NCBI GenBank assembly: GCA_902806335.1
Contig: CADCWG010000163.1
Location: forward strand, 2,110 to 66,109
Length of the DNA stretch: 64,000 nucleotides
Source of the DNA: an uncultured Thermomicrobiales bacterium
Lineage (GTDB): Bacteria > Chloroflexota > Chloroflexia > Thermomicrobiales > UBA6265
Direction of reading: 5' to 3'
Shown here: one piece after another, positions 53,094 through 62,306 of the stretch
Numbering within the stretch: position 1 is the stretch's first letter
Layout: each line of letters begins with the position of its first letter
The notes under the pieces: generated by a model
What the model was told of the DNA's origin: nothing
The model's database searches: none
Seen by the model: the letters and a program-made list of their open reading frames with translations, nothing else
Translations under genes and position numbers: made by a program

Positions 53094-54698
53094 TCAGCCG
53101 CTCGGCTCTTCCCGGGTCCGAGACGCCATCGCCAGGCCGAGCAGGGCGAGCCCCCCGGCGACGGCGTACCCGGCGAGGAAGGCGGCCGTGCTGGAGCGCG
53201 ACAGCAGGGCGGTGAAGAGCGCGCCCCCCAGCGCCAGCACCGAGGCGGTGAACAGGGAGTCGCCAAGCTGGAGGGCGGAGCTGTTGGTCCCCTGCTCCGC
53301 GGGAGGCGAGAGCTCCAAAGTCAGGAGGGACAGGGTGGGAAAGACGACGCCCATCCCGAGCCCGGCCACGGCCCACCCGACGACGCCGAGCGCGGTCGGC
53401 ACGGCCGGCGCGACGAGGAGGGCAACCGCCGCGATGCCGGACGCGATCAGGGCCATCCCGGCCTGGAGGACGCGGGTCGGGGAATAGCGCTGGTTGGGGC
53501 GGCCCCGGTACCAGGAGCCGGTGCCCCAGCCAAGCGCCGCGGCCGTCAGCGTCAGGCCCGCGGCCGCGGGCGAGAGACCGCGCTCGCGAGAGAGCATCAG
53601 CGGCACGTAGACCTCGGCGCCGACGAACGCGGCCCCGGCGATGCCGCGCAGCGCGACGACCGCCGGCAGACCGCGGCGGACCCGGAGCGTGCCGGCGGGC
53701 AGGAGCCGCGGCGCGAACACCGCCAGCCCGGCCAGGGCGACGCCGAGGAGAACGACCGCGCTCGGTCCCCGCTGCTGCCCGCCGTAGTGCAGCAGCAGCG
53801 CGCTCGCCGCGGCGCCGAGCGCCCAGGGCACCCGGCGGGTGGGGGCCGGGACAGGATCGGAAGCGTCCTCGTCCCGCGGCGGCGCGCCCAGGCCCGCCAG
53901 TCCGGGGCGCAGCAGCAGGGCGGCGGGGACGGCCAGGATCGGGACGCCGAGGAACACCCAGCGCCAGCCGACCTGCTCGACGATCAGGCCGGCGATGGCA
54001 GGCCCGACGATCGACGGCAGGACCCACGCCGCCGCGTACCCGGCGAAGATCCGTGGCCGGAGCTCGGCAGGGTAGACCCGGGCGACGACGACGTAGAGCG
54101 CCACCGACAGCAGACCGCCCCCGAACCCCTGGACGACCCGGCCGACGACCACCGCCCACATCGCCGGGGCGAGACCCGCCAGCAGAAGGCCGGCGACGAA
54201 CCAGGCGACCCCGCCCCAGAGCGGCCCGGCCGGCCCCCGGGTGTCGCTCCAGCTCCCCGAGACGACCATGCCGACGACGCCGGCCGCGAGCGCGCCGCCG
54301 AACGCCAGCGGGTAGAGGGCGAGCCCGTCGAGCGCCTCGACCACCGTCGGCATGGCGGTGGTGACGGCGAGGTACTCGAACGCGACCAGCGAGGCCAGGG
54401 CGATCATCCCGACCGTGATCGCCCGGAAGGGCGGCGTGAGCAACCCCACCGACTCGGCGCGGACCGCGTCCGTCCGCGCGCGCCTGACCCGACCGTTGCC
54501 CCGCCGGATGGACGTGAGCCCACGGCGCGGGCGGCGTCCACCGGGGACGGGGCCAGACCCGACCGGACGGTCGGCGTTGGCGTCGCGCTCCACCGACGCC
54601 GAGCGCCAGCCCGCCTCGGGGGACGCGTCGACGACGGCTCTCCCGTCGCGGGGGGAGCCGTCCACCGGGGCGTCGGGCGTGCGCGTCTCGGCGGTCAT
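53094..54698 (-). CDS. MFS transporter with long N-terminal cytoplasmic extension
   Basis: 534 aa with 12 or more hydrophobic helices. GRVVQGFGGG motif. Confidence 0.8.
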   Translation of the reverse strand: MTAETRTPDAPVDGSPRDGRAVVDASPEAGWRSASVERDANADRPVGSGPVPGGRRPRRGLTSIRRGNGRVRRARTDAVRAESVGLLTPPFRAITVGMIALASLVAFEYLAVTTAMPTVVEALDGLALYPLAFGGALAAGVVGMVVSGSWSDTRGPAGPLWGGVAWFVAGLLLAGLAPAMWAVVVGRVVQGFGGGLLSVALYVVVARVYPAELRPRIFAGYAAAWVLPSIVGPAIAGLIVEQVGWRWVFLGVPILAVPAALLLRPGLAGLGAPPRDEDASDPVPAPTRRVPWALGAAASALLLHYGGQQRGPSAVVLLGVALAGLAVFAPRLLPAGTLRVRRGLPAVVALRGIAGAAFVGAEVYVPLMLSRERGLSPAAAGLTLTAAALGWGTGSWYRGRPNQRYSPTRVLQAGMALIASGIAAVALLVAPAVPTALGVVGWAVAGLGMGVVFPTLSLLTLELSPPAEQGTNSSALQLGDSLFTASVLALGGALFTALLSRSSTAAFLAGYAVAGGLALLGLAMASRTREEPSG

Positions 54699-55698
54699 GA
54701 GGCGCCGCCCGGACGGGACGTGGGACTGAGGATCGCCGCCGGGCCGGCACCCCTGACGGCCTTCGGACGGTCACTGTTGGCTGGGCCGAGGCAACCACGG
54801 CCGCGCCCGGAGGTCCTGCGCTCCGAAGTCCCGCGTCCCCTGCCCGGCCTGGAGATCGGGTCATCCCCGGCGATCTCATCGCTGCCCATGCGCGACTCGT
54901 CCCCGCTGACGACGGTCAATACGTCTGGCGTGGCCCGCCGCCGTGTGAGGCCGACCCGGCCATCGCGAGCACGGTGCCCGGGCAACCATCCACCGCGATC
55001 GAGCGCGACGGCGGACCCGGATAAGTCATCACGGCCGCTCGGCCAACCGAACGCCCGGTCCTTGACCGACGCAGAGTGGTCGCCGTGCATGCTGTGTCTC
55101 GTCACCTCGTCGTGCCCCACCCCAGGCCCCACCAATGATCGCGCGACCGGCGATCGATGCGCCGCGCTCGGCGCCAGCCGCGGAGGTCGACGGGCGAAGC
55201 GGTCCCCGCCCCTCATCGGGTCCCCCGCGGTCGCCGACCTCGTCGCCTACGGTCCCCCGGACGGTGCTGTGGGCGAGGACACGTCAGGTTGCCCTTGCCC
55301 GGACACCCGGTGTCAGCCCGGCATCTCCGCTGTCTCCCACGCGCCGGATCCTGGTGGGCCGCCCCCCGCCCGCGACCGTCGGGCGAAGGCCCCGACCGGC
55401 GGACGGGGGCGGACGGGGGTCGCCGCGTCCGACGTGGCCGAGCCGATGTGGCGACCGTCCTGTCCTCGTCGGCCCGGCCGACCACCCCCGCGCGACCGCT
55501 GCCACCGCGCTCCTCCCCCGATTCGGGCTGCCACGGGTCCCCGCTCGGTCGGGCTGATCCCCAGGGTGACGGGCCCACGACGGTGGGGGCGTCCGCCCGA
55601 CGGGTGACCGGCGTGGGGGACGACCCGACGGGTGGACGGCGTGGGGGGTCGGCCCGACCGACGACCACCGGTCCGGGCGATCGCGGCAGGACGGGCCA

Positions 55699-56085
55699 CT
55701 ACGGCGACCCGTCGCCGTCGAGCCGGTCGCCGAGCGACAGCGCGACCGGCAGGGCCTCGCGTGCCCAGTCGTTCGGGAGCGGGCCCTCCCGCCAGCCGTA
55801 GTACTTGGCCGCGAGCAGTTCGCGCGCCCGCGGCTCGGCTGGCTCGCCCGCGATCGCGCGGCCGGTCGCGGCGTAGGTGGTGCCGGCGACGCGGACCCGC
55901 GCCGCCGGGTTCCGGGCGAGGTTGCGGACCCAGTCGCTCCGCTCCCGTCCCCCGGAGAGCAGGTAGAGCGTGGCGCCGTCGGGGTCGACCGCGAACCACA
56001 TCTCGACCTCGTGGGGCCGGCCCGAGATCCGGCCGGTGGTCGTCAGGTAGCAGAAGGGCTCGCGGGCGGCGTCGGTCGGCAGCAT
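55699..56085 (-). CDS. deazaflavin(F420)-dependent nitroreductase-family oxidoreductase (DUF385/FDOR)
   Basis: Internal ATG of ORF 55699..56370. YLTTTGRISGRPHEVEMWF ... SDWVRNLARNPAARVRV. Confidence 0.75.
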   Translation of the reverse strand: MLPTDAAREPFCYLTTTGRISGRPHEVEMWFAVDPDGATLYLLSGGRERSDWVRNLARNPAARVRVAGTTYAATGRAIAGEPAEPRARELLAAKYYGWREGPLPNDWAREALPVALSLGDRLDGDGSP

Positions 56086-56419
56086 GGCGCATCTTCCCCA
56101 CTGGTCTGGCGCGATCCGGGATCCGGATGGCCGCCGCAGATTGGCCCGGCGGGGCCGCGGCCAGCTTGGCCGGCGTCGTGCCCGACCTCGGGGCAAGGCG
56201 AGGGCGGGACCGGCCGCGGGCGCCTCCGATACCACCAAACAGCTGGATCCCGGATCAGCACCCACCGGCCCGCCGCCCCCGCGGGCGGTCGCCGTCGAGC
56301 GGGCGGTCCGGTGCCTATCCGTCGGACATCGCGAACCTCGCGCCGACTCCGGCCGCACCGCGACCAACACCGCGCCGACCGCTCCCGGCGAGTTCCGTCC
56401 GCGGCGCGCCTCGCCTGTC

Positions 56420-56974
56420 CTAGGGCGTCGGCGCGTCGAACCGGTCGTAGCTGACGATCTCGGTCAGGGGCCTGCGGCCACCGGCGACCGGGTTCGGCCG
56501 CGGGTCCCGGGTGGTGGTCGGGTAGCCGAGGACGACGACCGAGCGGGCGGTGCGCTCGGCCGGGATCCCGAGGATCCGCTTGGCCTCCGCCTGCTGGTCG
56601 CTGTCGCCGTACCAGGCGATGCCGCCGCCGAGCCCGAGCAGATGGGCGGCGAGGAGCAGCCGCTCCGTCACGCGCCCCTCGTCGTAGGCCTCGCTGGCCG
56701 TGCTCCCCCCGTTGAGGACGATGGCGATCCCCAGCGGTGCGTCGGCCACCCAGCCGATCGGCGGTCGGAGCTCGCTGAGCCGCCGCAGCTGCTCGCGGTC
56801 CCGGACCACGACGAAGTGCCAGGGCTGGGTATTACGCGAGCTGCCGGTCCATCGCGCGACCTCCAGGAGCTCGGCCAGGACGTCGTCGGGCACGGGGTCC
56901 TGCCGGTACTGGCGGGCCTGCCGCAGCCCGCGCATGGCGCTGGTGACGTCGTGGGCGTTCTCGATCGCCGTCAT
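56420..56974 (-). CDS. nitroreductase-family protein
   Basis: Internal ATG after GAGGAGG. RQYRQDPVPDDVLAELLEVARWTGSSRNTQPWHFVVV. Confidence 0.8.
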   Translation of the reverse strand: MTAIENAHDVTSAMRGLRQARQYRQDPVPDDVLAELLEVARWTGSSRNTQPWHFVVVRDREQLRRLSELRPPIGWVADAPLGIAIVLNGGSTASEAYDEGRVTERLLLAAHLLGLGGGIAWYGDSDQQAEAKRILGIPAERTARSVVVLGYPTTTRDPRPNPVAGGRRPLTEIVSYDRFDAPTP

Positions 56975-57396
56975 GATGCTGTGTGCCTCCTCGTTACATC
57001 GTGGCCGCGCCGACCTGGCCGCCCGTGGCCGGTGCCGGCGTCGCCCCGATCCCGGCATTCCGGCCCCCTATCTTCGTCCGGTCGCTGGTCTTCGTCCGGT
57101 CACGGCTTTGGCCCCACGTTCGCCGTGCAGTCCCTTGTGGGCCCGAGGATGCGTCCTCGATCCATCGTTGTCACCGATCGGTAGGCCCGTCACGGTCAGC
57201 GCGGGTGTCGCCGGCGGGCCGTTGCCTCGGGACGGGCGTCCCCAGAAGCCCGCGGCGACCGCCGACCACGCCTGGCACGTGACAGACGATCCTCGGGGGC
57301 GAAGGCGGCAGGACGGACGCCACAATGCCGCGTCGCGGGTCGGGCTGGCATGGCGCTGCTCCCCGCGCCGATGGCTTGCGGCCGGGCGCCCGGCGG

Positions 57397-58053
57397 TCAG
57401 TCCCGGCGGAGGCGACGCCCCAGGTCGACGACCTGACCGACCATCATCGCCAGCCGCGCCTCGACGGCCTCGTCGGTGACAATCTGGGCGATCGGGTCGA
57501 CGGCGCCGCCGGGGACGGCGACGTGGGTCGGGACGGCGACCCCGTTGAGCGCCCGGGTCACGTGGTGGAGGGCGTCGAGCGCGCCGGCCGCGCCGATCCC
57601 GTCGCCCCCGCCCAGGGCCAGCAGCCCGACCGCCTTGCCGCCGAGGTACCGCGGCTCGTCGCGGGCCAGGAACTCGAGGGCGTCGAGGGCGTTCTTGACC
57701 CCGCCGGCCACCGTGCCGTGGTAGGTCGGCGAGCAGAGGAGGAAGGCGTCCGCCTCGCGGACCTGGTCGAGCAGCCAGGGCAGCGAGGGCGGGTAGCGGT
57801 CGAGCGGGATCCCGATGTCGAACAGCGGCAGTCCCAGCGCCCGCACGTCGGCCATCGCCGTCTCCGCGCCGAGGTCCTCCGCGCGGCGCAGGGCGGCCGC
57901 CAGGACCACCGTGCTCCGGCAGCCGGCCCCGACGCTGCCACCGATGCCGAGCACCCGGACCGGACGCTCCGGGTCGCGCCGGCGGCCCACCGGTCGCGAG
58001 GCGGCGAGGGGGAGATGCCCCGCGGGACGGGCCGAGATCGAGAGCGAGACCAT
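57397..58053 (-). CDS. NADPH-dependent FMN reductase
   Basis: VRVLGIGGS ... LLCSPTYHGTVAGGVKNALD. The start is uncertain (58053 or GTG about 57960). Confidence 0.7.
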   Translation of the reverse strand: MVSLSISARPAGHLPLAASRPVGRRRDPERPVRVLGIGGSVGAGCRSTVVLAAALRRAEDLGAETAMADVRALGLPLFDIGIPLDRYPPSLPWLLDQVREADAFLLCSPTYHGTVAGGVKNALDALEFLARDEPRYLGGKAVGLLALGGGDGIGAAGALDALHHVTRALNGVAVPTHVAVPGGAVDPIAQIVTDEAVEARLAMMVGQVVDLGRRLRRD

Positions 58054-58174
58054 CGCGCGGGTGCTCCTCGTCGGGAGAGGTGAGGGAAGGCCAGGGGTCG
58101 GGACGGTCGTGGCGGCGGCGGAGGGCGGAGCCAGTGCCCTGGGCGGGCTCGCCGGCTCGCCGGCTCGGGGGCGG

Positions 58175-59137
58175 TCACGGTCCGGACGCGACCGGGCGCC
58201 CATTAGAGAGCCGCAACGCACCGGCGGCTAGGGCAACGTCGGGGAATCCGCTCGGGCCGGGCGCGTCGAGGTCGACGCCGAAGTGGTCTCGGAGCGCCGC
58301 CCGCACCTCCTCCGACCGCGAGAGCGTTCGCTCGACGCGTGCCGCGCCGTCGGTGACGGTGAGCGTCTGGTCGCGGAGCGTCACGCGCCCGGTCAGCGTG
58401 CGGCGCGTGCAGATCGGGAAGTGGATGAACGTCGAGTCCGGGGCGGTCTGCTGGCGGGCGCAGGCCGCGGCGAAGTCGGCGAGCCGGTGGGGGGTGAGGG
58501 CGAAGCGGTAGAGCGGCGCCCACTCCTCGCCGGCGGGACGCCGCCAGAGCTGCCAGTCGCCGTGGTCGCCCCTGGCGCCGGTGGGGTCCGCGGCGCCGGG
58601 CGGGACGATGCGGTGGGTGGCGCCGTCGGCGGGGTGCGGTTGGTCGCCGCCGTCGTCGAGGCGGATCGGCGTGGCCAGGCTGTGGCGGCCGGCGCCGACA
58701 TCGACGAGGAAGCGGGCACCGTCCTCGGCCGACGGCGCGCCGGGCGGGACGGTAACGAGCAGCGTCAGGTGGTCGCGTTCGGGACCGAGGCCGCCGTCCT
58801 CGCGCACGAACCGCATCGCCAGGCGATCGACCCCGTAGCCGAGGCGCTCCAGGAGCAGGGCGAACAGCCCGTTGAGCTCGTAGCAGAACCCGCCCCGCCG
58901 CCGCGACACGACCTTGGCGACGAGCGCGTCGGGAGCCAGGTCGATCCGCCGCCCCAGCGGAACGATGTCGAGGTTCTCGAACGGGACGGCCACGGTGTGG
59001 GCGGCACTGAGCGCGGCGAGCGACGCGGCGGTCGCCGGGACCGGGCCCGCGTGACCGATGCGGTCGAGGTAGGCTGCGATCCAGGCGTCTCCGGGAGACG
59101 CATCACCGCCCGGTCCGGCAGGGTCAGTCGCGGACAC
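58175..59137 (-). CDS. arylamine N-acetyltransferase
   Basis: GTG after GGGAGG within ORF 58175..59500. VPFENLD and RGGFCYELNGLF (catalytic Cys). Confidence 0.8.
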   Translation of the reverse strand: MSATDPAGPGGDASPGDAWIAAYLDRIGHAGPVPATAASLAALSAAHTVAVPFENLDIVPLGRRIDLAPDALVAKVVSRRRGGFCYELNGLFALLLERLGYGVDRLAMRFVREDGGLGPERDHLTLLVTVPPGAPSAEDGARFLVDVGAGRHSLATPIRLDDGGDQPHPADGATHRIVPPGAADPTGARGDHGDWQLWRRPAGEEWAPLYRFALTPHRLADFAAACARQQTAPDSTFIHFPICTRRTLTGRVTLRDQTLTVTDGAARVERTLSRSEEVRAALRDHFGVDLDAPGPSGFPDVALAAGALRLSNGRPVASGP

Positions 59138-59184
59138 GGGGACCTCCCGGGTTGGGCGCGCTGCTCGGCGCGCTGCTCGGCGCG

Positions 59185-59676
59185 CTATTCCGTGGACGGC
59201 GTGCCGTCCCAGAGCGTCGCACGCTCGGTCAGTTCGACGACGTTGCCGTCCGGGTCGTCGACGTAGATCGCGCGGTCGCCGGGCCTGAACTCCCAGCCCG
59301 CCTCGACGGCCAGGCCGTGCGCCTCGAGCCGCGCCCGCGCGGCGTCGAGCGTGCCGCCCGGGACCCGGATCGCGAAGTGGACGTGGACCCCGCCGCGGCC
59401 GTGGTGGATGGCCTTCTCGCCGCCGGTCTCGACCGGCCACAGCCCCAGGAACCCCTCCCGCCCGAGCCCGAGCCAGACGGCCTTGCGGTCCTCCAGCCAT
59501 CGGTCGGCGACCGGCAGGCCGACGATCTCGTGGTAGAAGCGCTCCGATGCCGCGAGGTCGGCCACTTCGAGGACCATCTCGAAGAGGCCGATCACCGGCG
59601 GTGCGGCCGGCACCGACTCGCCGACCGCCGGTCGCATGGCCGCGTTCGGGTCCGTCGGGGCACTGACGTCGGTCAC
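59185..59676 (-). CDS. VOC/glyoxalase-family protein
   Basis: GTG after GAAGGAGG within ORF 59185..59853. LFEMVLEVADLAASERFYHEIVGL ... HFAIRV ... IYVDDPDGNVVEL. Confidence 0.75.
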   Translation of the reverse strand: MTDVSAPTDPNAAMRPAVGESVPAAPPVIGLFEMVLEVADLAASERFYHEIVGLPVADRWLEDRKAVWLGLGREGFLGLWPVETGGEKAIHHGRGGVHVHFAIRVPGGTLDAARARLEAHGLAVEAGWEFRPGDRAIYVDDPDGNVVELTERATLWDGTPSTE

Positions 59677-60454
59677 GATGTCCTCCTTCTCAGCCTCAGC
59701 CTCAGCGGCCGCGGCCATGACCACGGTGAGACGCGTCAGGCGCCTCCGGCGTGCCCCGTGCCCGACGCCGGTGGGGGCGGATCGTCCAGGTGCGCGCGAA
59801 GCCACTCGGCCGCGAGGTCCCGCAATCCCGTTGGTCGTTGGATGACATGTCACGAGCCATCACGAAAGCTCTAGAGTCGTCGCCGACCACGGGATTGCCC
59901 GACTCCACCGCCCGCCGAGACAGGAATGACCCATGGGAGCGTCGTCGCTGGCTGGGACCACGGTGGCCATCGTCGGCGCGAATCGCCGGGATCGCGGCCG
60001 GCTTGCCTCTCCCGGATCCTCGCACCCTGGCGGCACCGCCCGCGGTCGTCACCGAGGTATCCCCGCGTGCGCGGTGGGGAACGCCGGTTCGGCCCGCGCC
60101 GGTTCGGTCGGCCCGTCTCGCCCGTCGAGGGTTCCGAGGCGCCGCCCGAGGGCGACGAGCACGGGTCCCCGTCGGCCGACCAGCGGGTGCGGTGCTCTCC
60201 GCGGAGTCGGGGCGCCGGTGCCGACCCGGGAGCAATCCGCCGCCCGCCGCCGGTCGGCGAGTCGCTCCTGAGCAACCGGGCCGTGCAGAAGGTCGATCAC
60301 GGCGCTCCTCCCGGGTTGGGGCGTCCCAGAGGGACCACTCGCCCGGTATCGCGTCCTCCCCTGGTTTCCACCCTACACCCGGCTCGCTCATTTAGCAACA
60401 CATTGCTTGCTTTATTTCTCCCGGCTGGCCGCCTATACTCGCGGCGCCGCCGCT

Positions 60455-60468
60455 GTCGGACGTCCGAC
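60455..60468. promoter_or_regulatory. perfect 14-bp palindrome upstream of the SufR-like regulator
   Basis: GTCGGACGTCCGAC, 39 nt upstream of ATG 60507. An AT-rich patch with TATACT lies at 60434-60439. Confidence 0.4.
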
Positions 60469-60506
60469 GTCGGAGCATGCCGCGGGGACGCGGGGCCGGA
60501 GGCGCG

Positions 60507-61184
60507 ATGGAGACGAGGAGCGAGACCCCGGCGAGCGGTGCCAGTCCGGCCCTCGCCAGCCTGCCGGAGAGCCGGCGGCGGATCCTCGAGCTGCTCAAGC
60601 GCGCCGGGGAAGCGGACGCCGAGGTCGTAGCGTCCGGTCTCGGGATGACCCCCGCCGGCGCGCGACAACTCCTCGCGGCGCTCGCCGCCGACGGGTTGGT
60701 CGCCCACCGGCGCCTCGCGGACGGTCGCGGCCGCCCGCGCCACCTCCATGCGCTGACCGCGGCCGGCGACGCCCTCTTTCCCCGGAACTATGTCGACCTG
60801 ACCAATGAGCTCCTCGAGTACGTCGACGACGAGGACCCGGCCCTGGTCGGGCGGATCTTCGACCGGCGGGCGCGGCGGCGCCTCGACCGCGGCCGGGAGC
60901 GCCTGGCCGGCATCGACGACTTCGGCGCCAAGGTGGCGTCGGTGGCGCGGATCCTCGACGAGGACGGCTACCTGGCCGACTTCGAGCGGCGCGACGACGG
61001 CAGCTACCTGATCCGCGAGCACAACTGCGCCGTGCTCGGCGTGGCGCTGAAGTACCGCCACGCCTGCAGCAGCGAGCTCGAGTTCCTGCAGGCCCTGCTG
61101 CCCGAGGCCGAGGTGACCCGCGTCGCCCACCGGATCGCCGGGGGCCATGTCTGCGCGTACGAGGTCCGCCCCCGCCCCGCCTGA
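60507..61184 (+). CDS. SufR-like HTH regulator with three-Cys C-terminal domain
   Basis: wHTH RRRILELLKRAGEADAEVVASGLGMTPAGARQLLAALAADGLV. C-terminal EHNCAVLGVALKYRHACSSELEFLQ...GGHVCAYEV resembles the SufR Fe-S ligand region. Confidence 0.6.
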   Translation: METRSETPASGASPALASLPESRRRILELLKRAGEADAEVVASGLGMTPAGARQLLAALAADGLVAHRRLADGRGRPRHLHALTAAGDALFPRNYVDLTNELLEYVDDEDPALVGRIFDRRARRRLDRGRERLAGIDDFGAKVASVARILDEDGYLADFERRDDGSYLIREHNCAVLGVALKYRHACSSELEFLQALLPEAEVTRVAHRIAGGHVCAYEVRPRPA

Positions 61185-61384
61185 TCGCCGCGCACCCGCG
61201 ACTTCGCGTGCAGCATCGCTGTGGACGATGCATAGCCGCGGTGCACGCTCGTCTCGGCCATGGGCCCTGCTCGGCGCGTCGCGCGGGGTACGGCCGGCGC
61301 CCGGTTGCGGCGAAGATGCGTCGCGGGGAGGTAGTCCCGGGTGCTCCCTGAGTAATGCGCCAGGCTCCATAGCGAAGCCGGCTC

Positions 61385-61539
61385 ATTCGGAATCCGGGTG
61401 ATTGCTGTGGCTTCGCCTGGTGGGTCGGCAGCGGGCTTCAGGCGGCTCCGTGCCTGATCCTCTGACCTCGGGGCGTGCCCCCGGCGGGCCCGACCGTCCC
61501 CGCGCCCCCGATTCCACCACCGAACAGCCGGATTCCGTG
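61385..61539 (+). repeat. MITE-like dispersed repeat, full copy G
   Basis: ttcggaatccgggtgattgc...gcagcgggcttcaggcggc...cctctgacctcggggcgtgcccccggcgggc...gattccaccaccgaacagccggattccgtg. Confidence 0.75.
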
Positions 61540-61889
61540 TCGGACCGGGTGGGGTCAGGGACGAGGACGGCCAAGCGCTGCCCGAGGTGTCGTCGGCGGT
61601 CTCGCGGCGGCCGTCATCCGCTCGCCACCGCGTCCCCCCATCGAGTAACGCCGGGACCGGCGGGCGGCGCGTGTCTCGTGGCGCCGCCGTGCCGTCTCCC
61701 GGGCGGGCTGCGGGAGTGCGAGGGAACGCCGGCCCGGGTCGGCCGCCTCTCCGCCCTCGGCGTCGCGGGCGGGGGCGGCAGGTGCCGGACCGCCGACGAT
61801 GCCCCGCCGCGTCGCGGCGAGACGCTCTGGTCTCCAGCGGCGCTGGGTCCGTCGTTGCCTCGTGCGCGCCGATTGTTCGCGATCGGCGG

Positions 61890-62306
61890 TCAGCCGGCGT
61901 TGGCTTGCGCCCGGATTGAGGTCGGCGTGATCGTCACCATCGCCTTCGCGTCGCCGGTATCGTAGGAGGCCATGGTCGACTCGACCTCCTCCGCGGGGAC
62001 ATAGCGGGCCACGATCGGCCGGATCTCGTCCCAAAGCTCGGCGAGCGATCCTGTCCGGACCGTCGCGGTGCCGCGCACGTAGACGGCGCGCAACGGCGTG
62101 GTGTGCTCGAACACGGCCAGGGCCACCCGCGGCTCGTCGGCCAGGCGCCGCACCCACGGGAACGTCGCCTCGCTCCAGACCAAGACGGTCCCGGCGTGCC
62201 AGCGGTACCAGACCGGCACCACGGCCGGCGCGCCGTCCGCGCGCACCGTCGCGATGGCGCCGACGAGCGGCTGGTCCAGAAACCGGTCGCGCTCCTGCTC
62301 GTTCAT
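61890..62306 (-). CDS. PPOX-class (pyridoxamine-5-phosphate-oxidase-like) probable F420-dependent enzyme
   Basis: ATG after GGAAGGAG within ORF 61890..62912. FLDQPLVGAIATVRADGAPAVVPVWYRW. Confidence 0.75.
   Translation of the reverse strand: MNEQERDRFLDQPLVGAIATVRADGAPAVVPVWYRWHAGTVLVWSEATFPWVRRLADEPRVALAVFEHTTPLRAVYVRGTATVRTGSLAELWDEIRPIVARYVPAEEVESTMASYDTGDAKAMVTITPTSIRAQANAG

Noticed and set aside
60049-60300. An 83-aa minus-strand ORF with a GGGAGGAG RBS-like sequence before a GTG.
   Set aside because: The translation is R/P/G-rich with no motif and a high GC fraction at second codon positions. It cannot be distinguished from a chance ORF without conservation data.
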